From Burkholderiales bacterium (GTDB taxonomy: Bacteria; Pseudomonadota; Gammaproteobacteria; Burkholderiales; SG8-39), in assembly GCA_036259215.1 (NCBI GenBank), contig DATACE010000235.1, positions 1-31,037 of the forward strand: a stretch of DNA of 31,037 nucleotides. The letters are read 5' to 3'. A model generated the notes under the pieces. That model saw only the letters and a program-made list of their open reading frames with translations, was not told the DNA's origin and made no database searches. Positions 1 to 8,975 of this stretch are shown in pieces (within the stretch, counting starts at the first letter, position 1; every line of letters starts with the position of its first letter). The position numbers and the translations under genes were made by a program.

Positions 1-195
1 GGCCTGCGCGACAGCGACCGCGTAAACGCCCACAAGCACGTGGCCTTCATCCATTGCGCGTCCGACCGCGAGCGCGCCTGCCGGGATGAGTTTCGCAGGG
101 CGCTGCGCGTGAATCCGGATCTGGAGCTCGCGCCCGCCGAAGCCGGGCACCCCATCTGGGGACCGATCTTCCGCTCGGTCAAAGCGGGCCGCTAG
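1..195 (+). CDS. 3' end of a TssQ-like (T6SS-associated family) lipoprotein, 5'-truncated by window edge
   Basis: Frame-1 translation GLRDSDRVNAHKHVAFIHCASDRERACRDEFRRALRVNPDLELAPAEAGHPIWGPIFRSVKAGR*. The AHK..AFIHC...C..EF..AL...P..EL..AEAGHP.WGP.F pattern is the C-terminal signature I recall for this family. Not in the ORF track because it has no start codon in the window. Confidence 0.55.
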   Translation, partial: GLRDSDRVNAHKHVAFIHCASDRERACRDEFRRALRVNPDLELAPAEAGHPIWGPIFRSVKAGR

Positions 196-206
196 GCCCG
201 TCGGGC

Positions 207-1415
207 ATGGAGGCAGCCAAGCTCGGCCGCTACGTCATCCAGTCCGAGCTGGGACGGGGTGCAATGGGCGTTGTCTACAGGGCGAACGATACCGTCCTGG
301 AGCGCACCGTGGCGGTTAAAACCGTCAACATGGCGCTGGAGCGCGAAGGCGCGGAAAAATACGAAGCGCGGTTCTACCAGGAAGCGCGCGCCGCCGGCAG
401 CCTGAACCACCCGAACATCGTCACGGTCTACGACGTGGGCAAAGAAGGCGACGTCGCCTACATGGCGATGGAGTTCATCGAGGGCGTCGAGGTGCGCTCG
501 ATGATCGCCGAAGGGCGGGCGGTGCCGGTATCGCAGGCAGTCTCGATCGCCGCCCAGGTGGCCGAGGGCCTTGCTTACGCGCACCAGCACGGCGTCGTCC
601 ACCGCGATGTGAAGCCCGCGAACATCATGGTGGTCAAGGAGGGGTTGGTAAAGATCACCGACTTCGGCATTGCGCGCATGCGCGCCGCCACCGATGAGCT
701 CACCCAGACCGGCGTGATGCTCGGCTCGCCCAAATACATGTCGCCCGAGCAGGTGATCGGCAAGCGCGCAGACCATCGCTCCGACCTGTTTTCTCTGGGC
801 GTCATCCTGTACGAGCTGCTCACCGGCGGGGCGCCTTTCAACGGCGAGAACGTCACCGCCCTCATGTACCAGATAGTCAACTTTGCGCCGCCCGCGCCTA
901 GCGCCGTGAACCCGGCGGTGCCCGAACTGCTCGACTACATCGTGGCCAAAATGCTGGCGAAGCCGCTGGAGGAGCGCTACCAGAACGCGCAAGATCTGGC
1001 CCAGGACCTCAGGGCTTGCGAGCGGCAGATCTCCACGCCGATAGCGGCGACCATGCCGCCGCGCCCGGCCGGGCTGTCAAGTGGCGCGCAACCCGAGCTT
1101 GCAGTGACGCAGGCTCAGGCAGTCGTGATGGCGCAAACGCTCAACCGCACGCGCATCGAGGACGCAGCCCCTGCTGACACGACCGCGCCGCCGGCCCGCG
1201 GCCTCGCGCACTCCTTTGACTCGGCCGAGGCAACCCAGCGCCTCGCCTCGCTTACCGGTGCCGGCATCGCGCCCGAGTCAGTTTCCGCAACCCAGGCGCT
1301 GAGTTCCATGAAGCCTCCCGACAAGCGCGGCTGGCGCCGGCGCGACTGGCTGCTGGTCGGCGGGGCCACCCTCGCGGGCGTGCTGGCGGCCGCAGCCCTC
1401 GTGCGCCGCCGCTAG
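207..1415 (+). CDS. Hanks-type Ser/Thr protein kinase with C-terminal membrane anchor
   Basis: GRGAMG glycine loop, VAVK, HRDVKPAN catalytic loop, DFG, GSPKYMSPE; Ala/Pro-rich linker; terminal hydrophobic segment WLLVGGATLAGVLAAAALV followed by RRR. Confidence 0.93.
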   Translation: MEAAKLGRYVIQSELGRGAMGVVYRANDTVLERTVAVKTVNMALEREGAEKYEARFYQEARAAGSLNHPNIVTVYDVGKEGDVAYMAMEFIEGVEVRSMIAEGRAVPVSQAVSIAAQVAEGLAYAHQHGVVHRDVKPANIMVVKEGLVKITDFGIARMRAATDELTQTGVMLGSPKYMSPEQVIGKRADHRSDLFSLGVILYELLTGGAPFNGENVTALMYQIVNFAPPAPSAVNPAVPELLDYIVAKMLAKPLEERYQNAQDLAQDLRACERQISTPIAATMPPRPAGLSSGAQPELAVTQAQAVVMAQTLNRTRIEDAAPADTTAPPARGLAHSFDSAEATQRLASLTGAGIAPESVSATQALSSMKPPDKRGWRRRDWLLVGGATLAGVLAAAALVRRR

Positions 1416-1424
1416 CGCCTTAGG

Positions 1425-1517
1425 CTACGGCGGAGACCACGGCTTGCCCGTGCGGCCCTCGATGTACTCGCGGTTGTCGTGCTCGAGGCAGGCGACAACG
1501 GCCGCGGGCCTGGGCAT
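1425..1517 (-). pseudogene. Probable C-terminal remnant of an unidentified gene (or 30-aa small ORF)
   Basis: Minus-strand frame reads (MPRP)AAVVACLEHDNREYIEGRTGKPWSPP* with almost all codons ending in G/C, stop at 1425-1427. The coding-like signal ends where the NuoB-like remnant begins on the opposite strand. Confidence 0.35.
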
Positions 1518-1790
1518 CAAGTTCGTTGCCAGCCCGCGCCATGCCGCCCTGCTGCTGGTCACGGGGCCGGTGTCGCGCAACATGGAGCAGGCGCTGCGCC
1601 GCACCTATGACGCGATGCCGGAGCCCCAAGCTAGTGGTCGCGGTCGGTACCGCGGCTGTACCGGCGGAATGTTCGGCGAAAACTACGCGACGGTTGGAGC
1701 CGTATCGAAGGTCCTGCCGGTCGACGTTGCGGTTCCAGGCTGCCCGCCGACCCGCTCGCGCTCATGCAGGCAATAATACTGACTGCGGGT
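1507..1790 (+). pseudogene. Frameshifted, 5'-truncated NuoB/HyfI/HycG-family (group-4 hydrogenase / Ehr-type) Fe-S small subunit
   Basis: GLGIKFVASPRHAALLLVTGPVSRNMEQALRRTYDAMPEP, then +1 shift to KLVVAVG, -1 shift to GCTGGMFGENYATVGAVSKVLPVDVAVPGCPPT, and -1 shift to PLALMQAI. The N-terminal GSCNGC motif is absent. Confidence 0.85.
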
Positions 1791-2185
1791 TACGAGCGGC
1801 CGCCGCAGCTCGACGGCATTGCGCTGACCGGATAGCCTTTGCAGGTCCAGCCGGCCTGTCCGCCCTTCAGAGTGGGCATCAGCGTAATCTCGATCGCGTT
1901 TCGCTCGTTCCATCCGCGGATTGCGCCGTTTTCCGAAACCACCCATTTCATCTCGCCATGCTTCGGATCGTTTCGTGGCGCGATTTTTACGCCCGCCCCG
2001 GCGCCGTCGAGTCTTCCGGATTTGGCCGCCGCCGCGCCGACCTGCTGCTTGGCCGGCTCGGCGCCCGCCACGAGGGCTTGCGCGGCTTCCTTGGCCTCGG
2101 CGCCGGCCATTTGAGGCAGAACCACGGCAACCACGAGAAATCCGATAAGGGCGAGTGCCGCGACGGCCAACAGCGCTATGCGCAT
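1790..2185 (-). CDS. Type IV pilin-like protein lacking a class III (prepilin) signal peptide
   Basis: N-terminal hydrophobic helix ending VVLPQ, amphipathic helix [19 protein letters not shown], and C-terminal Cys pair [15 protein letters not shown] typical of the pilin D-region. ATG at 2185 has a GGGGAA RBS. Confidence 0.7.
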   Translation of the reverse strand: MRIALLAVAALALIGFLVVAVVLPQMAGAEAKEAAQALVAGAEPAKQQVGAAAAKSGRLDGAGAGVKIAPRNDPKHGEMKWVVSENGAIRGWNERNAIEITLMPTLKGGQAGWTCKGYPVSAMPSSCGGRS

Positions 2186-2265
2186 ATTCTTTTCCCCCAG
2201 AATGCGACTGCGGAGCGAGCTTACCATGGAGCCCTCGCGGGCGTTCCTTGCACTCAAGGTCTTTT

Positions 2266-2289
2266 ACATGATCACGCACATGATCACGC
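2266..2289. repeat. Perfect 12-bp tandem duplication ACATGATCACGC x2 over the acyP start codon
   Basis: 2266-2277 and 2278-2289 are identical; gives in-frame ATGs at 2268 and 2280. Confidence 0.95.
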
Positions 2290-2561
2290 GCCAGCTGCAC
2301 ATACGCGGCGCCGTACAGGGCGTGGGATTCCGCTATGCGATGCAGCACGAAGCCAGGCGGCGGGGCGTTGCCGGCTGGGTGCGCAATCGCGCCGATGGCA
2401 GCGTCGAGGCCATGGTGCACGGCGAGGCGCAGGCAGTGGAAGCGCTCATCGCCTGGGCGCACTCCGGGCCGCCCGCGGCCCGCGTGCTCAGCGTTGAGGT
2501 GCGCGCAGCCCCGCCGCAGGCCGGCGGATACGCCGGCTTCGATCTGCGGCCGACCGCTTAG
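2280..2561 (+). CDS. acyP: Acylphosphatase
   Basis: GAVQGVGFR and [12 protein letters not shown] signature motifs, GPPAARV. Start could also be 2268. Confidence 0.92.
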   Translation: MITRQLHIRGAVQGVGFRYAMQHEARRRGVAGWVRNRADGSVEAMVHGEAQAVEALIAWAHSGPPAARVLSVEVRAAPPQAGGYAGFDLRPTA

Positions 2562-2591
2562 CGCGTCCGCTGGTATCGGCGCGGGCTACCT

Positions 2592-2610
2592 TGCGCAACG
2601 CAATTGCGCA
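2592..2610. promoter_or_regulatory. Operator-like inverted repeat upstream of the FAD-binding gene
   Basis: TGCGCAA-N5-TTGCGCA perfect 7-bp inverted repeat in the intergenic gap; hairpin CGCATC-GCCT-GATGCG (2636-2651) abuts the GGGAGG SD. Confidence 0.4.
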
Positions 2611-2662
2611 CAGGACCTTTCGCCGCAAAAATCCGCGCATCGCCTGATGCGGGGAGGAAAAA

Positions 2663-3601
2663 ATGATCGCCACGCCATCTCTGCCGCTTTCGGCCCACGA
2701 GCTGCAGGCAGCGTTTCGCCAGTCCCGTCGTGTGGATCTATCGCGCCTGAACCGCATCCTAGGCCTCGATTCTCAGCGGGGCTTGCTCGAAGTGCAGGCG
2801 AACACGCCTTGGCAGTCGGTGGCCGAGCAATTGCGGCCAGGCGACACCCAAGTCCGGCAGCTGCTCGCGCCGCATGCCACCGTCGGCGCAACCCTCGGCC
2901 GGAACGCCGCCGGGCCCGACGGGCGTCCTGCCGTGACCCATGTCGAGTCGCTGACCATGGTGACCCCCGACGGCCTGCTCCGGCGGGTCGACCGCTTGAC
3001 GGCCGCAGAGCTGTTCGCGCTGGTGCTGGGCGGTCAAGGGCTGTTCGGCGCGCTCTACAGCGCCACGCTGCGCGTGGAGTCACTGCTGCGCTCGGTTCTG
3101 GAGCCCGAGCCGCTCGAAGCCTTGCCGCCCGGCTTGCCCGCCGGGCCGGCGCGCCGGCTGCGGCTGCTGGTGCCTCCGGCACGGCTGGAAACCTTCATCG
3201 AGCAGGCGCGTTCGCGGTGCGCCGAGTGGCGCACCGCCATCGAAGGGCTGCAAGTGCGGCGCACCCGAAACGAGGACGAAACGCTCCTGCGCTGGGCGCT
3301 CCGCGATTACGCGGAGGTCACACTCTGGCTCGGGGAGCGCCGCACGATCGGCGGTGCGGTACGCGCTACGCAAGTGCGGCGCGAGCTGATCGACGCGGCC
3401 ATCGCGCTCGGCGGCAGCTTCCCGATCGGCGGTACGCCCGAGGCGACGCGCGCGCACGCCGAAGCCTGCTATCCGCAGCTCGGCGCGTTCCTCACCGAGC
3501 AGCGCCGGATCGATCCTGGCGGCGTCATGACCAACGCCTGGCTACGCCACCATCGCAGTCTGCTGGGCCGCGAGTCCTGCGAGGTGCGCTGGGGCGATTA
3601 G
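2663..3601 (+). CDS. FAD-binding (PCMH-type / FAD-linked oxidase) protein, degenerate
   Basis: VDLSRLNRIL, TVGATLGRNAAG, VESLTMVTPDG, LFALVLGGQGLFG and C-terminal YPQL..F...RRIDP..V..N motifs of FAD-linked oxidases; strong SD. No GGGH-type loop before VDLSRLN. Confidence 0.75.
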   Translation: MIATPSLPLSAHELQAAFRQSRRVDLSRLNRILGLDSQRGLLEVQANTPWQSVAEQLRPGDTQVRQLLAPHATVGATLGRNAAGPDGRPAVTHVESLTMVTPDGLLRRVDRLTAAELFALVLGGQGLFGALYSATLRVESLLRSVLEPEPLEALPPGLPAGPARRLRLLVPPARLETFIEQARSRCAEWRTAIEGLQVRRTRNEDETLLRWALRDYAEVTLWLGERRTIGGAVRATQVRRELIDAAIALGGSFPIGGTPEATRAHAEACYPQLGAFLTEQRRIDPGGVMTNAWLRHHRSLLGRESCEVRWGD

Positions 3602-3624
3602 CGCTACGGCTTTGCGCCGACGCC

Positions 3625-6600
3625 TCAGGCCGTATAGAGCAGCTGGACGTTCTCGGCTGCGAGCCAGGCCGAAAGATCGGCGAGGAGCTGGTTGTCGGGG
3701 CGCACGCGCCAGGCTTCGCCTAGAACGACATCGCAGACAGCCTTGCCGTTCGCATGGCGTACATGCACCTGGCAGGTACCGCTCCCCTGCGCGCGATACG
3801 GCGCCAGCACTTGCTGCAGCCGCTTGGCGTCGGCCTGACCGTTGGTCGCAATCCTCAGCTGGGTAGCGTAGCGCAGGCGCAATGCATCCAGATCGAGCAG
3901 GTCTTCGGCCATGACGCGCAGGCCGCCCGAGAACTCGTCGTTTTGCACCTTGCCGGAAACCACCAGCAGCGAATCCTCCTTCAGCTTGTCCCGGTGGCGC
4001 TCATAGAGCTCGTTGAAGACCGAAATCTCGACCTGCGCAGTGCCATCGTCGAGCATCACCACCATCATGCGCCCGCGGCGCGTCATCTGCGTGCGCGCCG
4101 CCACCACGACGCCCGCCATCCAGACCCGCTCTCCAGGGGCGAGGCGCGCCAGCGGCACGCGCGGAAAGCGCGCCAGTTCGCGCTCGTAGATGCTGAAAAG
4201 GTGCGCCGAAAGGTAAAAGCCGAGCGCGGCCTTCTCCTCCAGCAGGGTTTGCTTCATGTCCCAGGGCGGCGTGTCCACGTAAACATGCGATCCGCCATGC
4301 GGCGCCTCCGATTCGCCGAACAGGCTTTCCTGCGAAGCCTGCCGCTCTGCCTGCTCGGCTGCCTCGAGCGCACGGGCCACAGAGGCGAGCAGTCGCGCAC
4401 GGTTGGTCTCTACCGGGTCAAACGCCCCGGCGCGCACCAGCGCCTCGACCACGCGACGGTTGACGACGCGCTTGTCGACGCGGCTGCAAAAATCGAAGAG
4501 GTCCGTGAACGCCGCCTTGGCGCGCGCCTCGAGGATCGCCTGAATCGCGGACTCGCCCGTGCCGCGCACCGCGCCCAGGCCGTAGCGCACCGTCTTGCGG
4601 TCCACCGGCACGAAGCGGTACTCGGAGGCGTTGATGTCCGGGGGAAGGATGGCGAGGCCGTTCGCCACGCCGTCCTCGTAGATCTGGCGCACCTTGTCCG
4701 TGTCGTCCATCACCGCCGACAGGTTGGCGGCGATGAAAGCCGCCGCATGATGCGCCTTCATGTATGCGGTCTGATAGGCGAGCAGCGCGTAGGCTGCGGC
4801 GTGCGACTTGTTGAAGCCGTAGCCGGCGAACTTCTCCATCAGGTCGAACAGCTGCGTGGCTTTGGACGTCGACAGGCCATTCTTCTCGGCGCCGGCTACG
4901 AAGATCTCGCGCTGCTGCGCCATCTCCTCGGGCTTTTTCTTGCCCATGGCACGGCGCAGCAGGTCCGCCCCGCCCAGCGAATAGCCGCCGATGACCTGGG
5001 CGATCTGCATGACCTGCTCCTGGTAGACCATGATGCCGTAGGTCGGACCGAGGATCGGCACCAGGCGCGGGTCGAGGTACTCGACGCGCTTTCCGTGCTT
5101 GCGCTCGATGTATTCCGGAATCAGGTCCATCGGCCCTGGCCGGTACAGCGCCACCAGCGCGATCACGTCCTCGAAGCGATCGGGCCGCGCCCGCTTGATC
5201 AGGTCGCGCATGCCGCGGGATTCCAGCTGGAACACCGCGGTGGTATTGCCGGCGGACAGCAGCTTGTACGCTTCGGCATCGTTGAGCGGAACCTTCTCCA
5301 GCGAAAACCCGGCGTCGCCGAGCCTGCGGACATAGCGCTCGGCCCAGTCGAGGATGGTGAGTGTGGTTAGTCCGAGAAAATCGAACTTTACGAGGCCCAC
5401 CGCCTCGACGTCGTCCTTGTCGAGCTGCGAGATGACGTTCGAGGTGCCTTCGGCGGCGTACAGCGGGCAGAAGTCGGTGAGGCGCCCGGGGGCAATGAGC
5501 ACGCCACCGGCGTGCATGCCGACGTTGCGCACCAGCCCCTCCAGCTTCCCGCCGAGCTCGAGCAGCTCCCTGACCTCGTCTTCCTTTTGCTCCCGCTCGG
5601 CGAGAAGCGGCTCCATGCGCCGCGCATCCTCGAGCGTGATCATCTTGCCGGGTTGCACCGGGATCAGCTTGGCGATCTGGTCGCAGAAGTTGTAGCCGAG
5701 GTCGAGCACCCGGCCGCAGTCGCGTACCACCGCGCGAGCCGCCATCGTGCCGAAGGTGGCGATCTGCGACACGCTGTCCTCGCCGTACTTCGTGCGCACG
5801 TACTCGATCACGCGGTCGCGCCCGACCTGGCAAAAGTCGATGTCGAAATCCGGCATCGACACGCGCTCGGGATTGAGAAAACGCTCGAAAAGCAGGTCGT
5901 ACTTGAGCGGGTCCAGGTCGGTGATGCCGAGCGAATAGGCCACCAGCGAGCCGGCGCCGGAGCCGCGGCCCGGGCCTACCGGCACGCCGTTCTGCCTCGC
6001 CCAATTGATGAAGTCGGCGACGATCAGGAAGTAGCCGGCGAACCCCATCTGCACGATGGTGCGAATCTCGAACTCCAGGCGCTCCCGGTAACGGGGGATG
6101 TCCTCGTCTTTCGGATTCAGCTTGTCTAGCTTGCGCCCGAGGCCGGCCTGCGCCTGCTGCTTCAGGTAGTCATCGATCGTCACGCCCGGCGGCGTGGGGA
6201 ACGCAGGCAGGCAGCTCTTGCCTAGCTGGATCGCCAGGTTACAGCGCCGTGCGATTTCGACCGAGTTTTCCAGCGCCTGGGGGATGTCCGCGAACAGCCG
6301 CGCCATCTCGTCCTGGCGCTTGAAATGCTGCTCGGGCGTGAAGAGCTTCGGCCGCCGCTGATCGGCAAGCACGTATCCCTGCGAGATGCAAACGCGCGCC
6401 TCGTGCGCCTTGAAGTCGTCCGGGTCGAGGAATTGCACCGGGTGCGTGGCAACCACCGGCAGACCGAGCCGGGTGGCGAGCGCCACCGAGCGCGACAGCA
6501 GCGCCTCGCCGGCGGGGAAGCCGGCCCGCTGGAGCTCGATGTAATAGCGCCCCGGAAACAGCGCGGACCATTCCTTCGCCAGCCGCTCGGCCGTCTCGGT

Positions 6601-7044
6601 GCTGTCGGCGAGCAGCGCCTGGCCCACGTCGCCGAAGGAAGCGCCGGAAAGCGCTATCAGACCCTCGGTGCCGCCCTCCTTCAGCCAGGCGCGCGCCACT
6701 TCGGCTCGCGATCGATGCTGGTTGCGCAGCCAGGCGCGCGACAGCAGGTCGCACAGCCGCAGGTAACCCGCGCGCGAGGCGCATAGAAGCAGGATGCGAG
6801 AGGGCTTGTCGCGATCGGCGGGATGCTGCACCCAGCAGTCGGCTCCGACGATGGGCTTGACCCCGGCCGAGCGCGCAGCGCCATAGAACTTCACCAGACC
6901 GAAAAGGTTCGCAAGATCCGTTAGCGCGAGGGCCGGCATGCCATCGGCGGCCGCGCGCTGAACCGCGTCTTCCAGACGCACGATGCCGTCGCTCACCGAA
7001 TATTCGCTGTGCATCCTGAGGTGAACGAAGTGCGGCGCCGGCAT
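3625..7044 (-). CDS. dnaE: DNA polymerase III alpha subunit
   Basis: PHP domain FVHLRMHSEYS, GPGRGSGAGSL, RVSMPDFDIDF catalytic motif, KFDFLGL, YGFNKSHA, OB fold. Real start MPAPHFVHL at 7044; the ORF track over-extends it. Confidence 0.98.
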   Translation of the reverse strand: MPAPHFVHLRMHSEYSVSDGIVRLEDAVQRAAADGMPALALTDLANLFGLVKFYGAARSAGVKPIVGADCWVQHPADRDKPSRILLLCASRAGYLRLCDLLSRAWLRNQHRSRAEVARAWLKEGGTEGLIALSGASFGDVGQALLADSTETAERLAKEWSALFPGRYYIELQRAGFPAGEALLSRSVALATRLGLPVVATHPVQFLDPDDFKAHEARVCISQGYVLADQRRPKLFTPEQHFKRQDEMARLFADIPQALENSVEIARRCNLAIQLGKSCLPAFPTPPGVTIDDYLKQQAQAGLGRKLDKLNPKDEDIPRYRERLEFEIRTIVQMGFAGYFLIVADFINWARQNGVPVGPGRGSGAGSLVAYSLGITDLDPLKYDLLFERFLNPERVSMPDFDIDFCQVGRDRVIEYVRTKYGEDSVSQIATFGTMAARAVVRDCGRVLDLGYNFCDQIAKLIPVQPGKMITLEDARRMEPLLAEREQKEDEVRELLELGGKLEGLVRNVGMHAGGVLIAPGRLTDFCPLYAAEGTSNVISQLDKDDVEAVGLVKFDFLGLTTLTILDWAERYVRRLGDAGFSLEKVPLNDAEAYKLLSAGNTTAVFQLESRGMRDLIKRARPDRFEDVIALVALYRPGPMDLIPEYIERKHGKRVEYLDPRLVPILGPTYGIMVYQEQVMQIAQVIGGYSLGGADLLRRAMGKKKPEEMAQQREIFVAGAEKNGLSTSKATQLFDLMEKFAGYGFNKSHAAAYALLAYQTAYMKAHHAAAFIAANLSAVMDDTDKVRQIYEDGVANGLAILPPDINASEYRFVPVDRKTVRYGLGAVRGTGESAIQAILEARAKAAFTDLFDFCSRVDKRVVNRRVVEALVRAGAFDPVETNRARLLASVARALEAAEQAERQASQESLFGESEAPHGGSHVYVDTPPWDMKQTLLEEKAALGFYLSAHLFSIYERELARFPRVPLARLAPGERVWMAGVVVAARTQMTRRGRMMVVMLDDGTAQVEISVFNELYERHRDKLKEDSLLVVSGKVQNDEFSGGLRVMAEDLLDLDALRLRYATQLRIATNGQADAKRLQQVLAPYRAQGSGTCQVHVRHANGKAVCDVVLGEAWRVRPDNQLLADLSAWLAAENVQLLYTA

Positions 7045-7054
7045 GTCGAAAAAA

Positions 7055-7060
7055 ATTTTA
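7055..7060 (-). promoter_or_regulatory. Putative -10 element (TAAAAT) for dnaE
   Basis: Reverse complement of 7055-7060 is TAAAAT, 10 nt before the ATG, in an AT-rich patch; no SD. Confidence 0.5.
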
Positions 7061-7094
7061 CCGGAAAGCCACCCGCCACTACCATGCGCGGGCC

Positions 7095-7952
7095 ATGAAC
7101 CGCGCGCTAGGCGCCCTGCTCCTCGGCGCGACCTGCATTGCACTTTCGCCGATCTTCGTGCGCCTGTCGGAGGCGGGCCCCACCGCGACTGCCTTCTGGC
7201 GCGTCGTGCTCGCCGTACCACCCCTCTGGTTCTTTTATTTATTGAAGGAAAAGCCGAGCCGCGATCGACCGGCGGCGCAATGGCCACTGCTTCTGGCGGC
7301 CGGCCTGGCCTTCGCCGGCGATCTTGCGTTCTGGCATGCCTCCGTGCAGCTCACGTCGGTGGCCAACTCCACGCTGCTGGCCAACCTCTCGTCGCTCTTC
7401 GTTACGCTGGCGGCCTGGGTGTTCCTGCGAGAGCGGCCCAGCCGCCTGTTCCTGACCGGACTTGGCCTCGCGTTGTTCGGGGTGACCCTGCTGGTACGCA
7501 CCAGCCTGCAGTCCTCACCCACCGCGCTTGCCGGCGATGCATTAGGCGTAGTCACCGCGATGTTCTACGCCGGCTACATCCTTGCCGTAAAGGGCTTGCG
7601 CGACCGCGGCAAGAGCGTGCTTCGCATCATGGCCGTCACCAGCACGCTGACTGCAGTCATTCTTCTGCCGGTTGCGCTCGCCACCGGCGAGCAATTCTTC
7701 CCGACGTCCGGGGCGGGCTGGCTGGTCCTGCTGGGCCTGGCACTGGTTTCCCATGCCGCCGGCCAAGGCCTGATCGCCTACGCCTTAGCGCACCTGCCCG
7801 CTGCCTTCTCGTCCGTCGGGCTGCTTTTGCAGCCGGTGGTGGCCGCCTTTTTCGCGTGGCTGCTGCTTGCCGAGCCGCTGGTCGCGCTGCAGATCGCCGG
7901 CGGACTGATCGTGCTCGCAGGCATTTATCTCGCCCGGCGGGGATCCGCCTAG
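7095..7952 (+). CDS. DMT/EamA family transporter
   Basis: About 10 hydrophobic helices in two repeats; [24 protein letters not shown] and LLLQPVVAA motifs. Confidence 0.9.
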   Translation: MNRALGALLLGATCIALSPIFVRLSEAGPTATAFWRVVLAVPPLWFFYLLKEKPSRDRPAAQWPLLLAAGLAFAGDLAFWHASVQLTSVANSTLLANLSSLFVTLAAWVFLRERPSRLFLTGLGLALFGVTLLVRTSLQSSPTALAGDALGVVTAMFYAGYILAVKGLRDRGKSVLRIMAVTSTLTAVILLPVALATGEQFFPTSGAGWLVLLGLALVSHAAGQGLIAYALAHLPAAFSSVGLLLQPVVAAFFAWLLLAEPLVALQIAGGLIVLAGIYLARRGSA

Positions 7953-8944
7953 ACCACCATCGCGCGCGCCTCGCCCGCCCCTTTTTCGACAGCGCCGATC
8001 TCGTAGACCGTTTCGCCCTCTCCACGCAGCACTTCGGCGGCGCGTTTTGCGTCTTCCCGCGCGACAACCACGGCCATGCCGATGCCGCAATTGAACACGC
8101 GGAACATTTCCTCCTCGTCGACGTTACCGGCACGCTGCAGCCACTCGAAAACGGGCGGTCTGGGCCAGGAAGCCTTGTTGATCTTCGCGAGGTGGCCGTC
8201 TCGCAGTATCCGGGGGACATTGCCCGTAATGCCGCCGCCGGTTATATGCGCGAGGCCCTTCACCGGCACGGTTTGGAGCAGCCGGAGGACCGGCTTCACG
8301 TAGATCCGCGTCGGCTCCAGCAGGTCGAAGCCGGATTGCTCGCGCTCGAGGATTTTGCGAATGAGGGAGTAGCCGTTGGAATGCGGGCCGCTCGAGGCAA
8401 GACCGAGGATCGCGTCGCCGGGCGCGATGTCGCGTCCATCGATGATGCGCTCTTTCTCCACTACGCCGACGCAGAAACCGGCAAGGTCGTATTCGCCGGC
8501 GGGATACATTCCGGGCATCTCGGCCGTCTCGCCGCCCAGCAGCGCGCAACCGGCGAGCTCGCAGCCGCGCGCGATGCCCTTGACCACCTCGGCGGCGACA
8601 CGCGTGTCCAGCTTGCCGCACGCAAAGTAATCGAGAAAGAACAGCGGCTCGGCGCCTTGGACCAGCACGTCGTTGGCGCTCATCGCCACCAGATCGATCC
8701 CTACGGTGTCGTGACGGCCGAGGGAGAAAGCCAGCTTGAGCTTCGTGCCGACGCCATCGGTACCCGAGACCAGCACGGGCGCACGGTACTTTTTCGGAAT
8801 TTCGCACAATGCCCCGAAGCCGCCGATGCCGGCGAGCACTTCCGGACGCAGCGTGCGGCGCGCGAAGGGCTTGATGGCCTCCACCAGCGCGTCGCCCTCG
8901 TCGATGTCGACGCCGGCGTCGCGGTAGGACAGTCCTTTCGACAT
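7949..8944 (-). CDS. purM: Phosphoribosylformylglycinamidine cyclo-ligase (AIR synthase)
   Basis: [58 protein letters not shown]. Confidence 0.98.
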   Translation of the reverse strand: MSKGLSYRDAGVDIDEGDALVEAIKPFARRTLRPEVLAGIGGFGALCEIPKKYRAPVLVSGTDGVGTKLKLAFSLGRHDTVGIDLVAMSANDVLVQGAEPLFFLDYFACGKLDTRVAAEVVKGIARGCELAGCALLGGETAEMPGMYPAGEYDLAGFCVGVVEKERIIDGRDIAPGDAILGLASSGPHSNGYSLIRKILEREQSGFDLLEPTRIYVKPVLRLLQTVPVKGLAHITGGGITGNVPRILRDGHLAKINKASWPRPPVFEWLQRAGNVDEEEMFRVFNCGIGMAVVVAREDAKRAAEVLRGEGETVYEIGAVEKGAGEARAMVV

Positions 8945-8975
8945 GCTAGAGTTCCCCACGGTTTGCGTCATTCTA

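Noticed and set aside
2280-2561. acyP near a hydrogenase-like remnant as a possible HypF fragment
   Set aside because: Complete stand-alone 93-aa acylphosphatase with its own stop; no Zn-finger or carbamoyltransferase sequence follows.
2641-2652. GCCTGATGCG resembling an enterobacterial REP core
   Set aside because: Single copy in the window; better explained as part of a local hairpin next to the SD.
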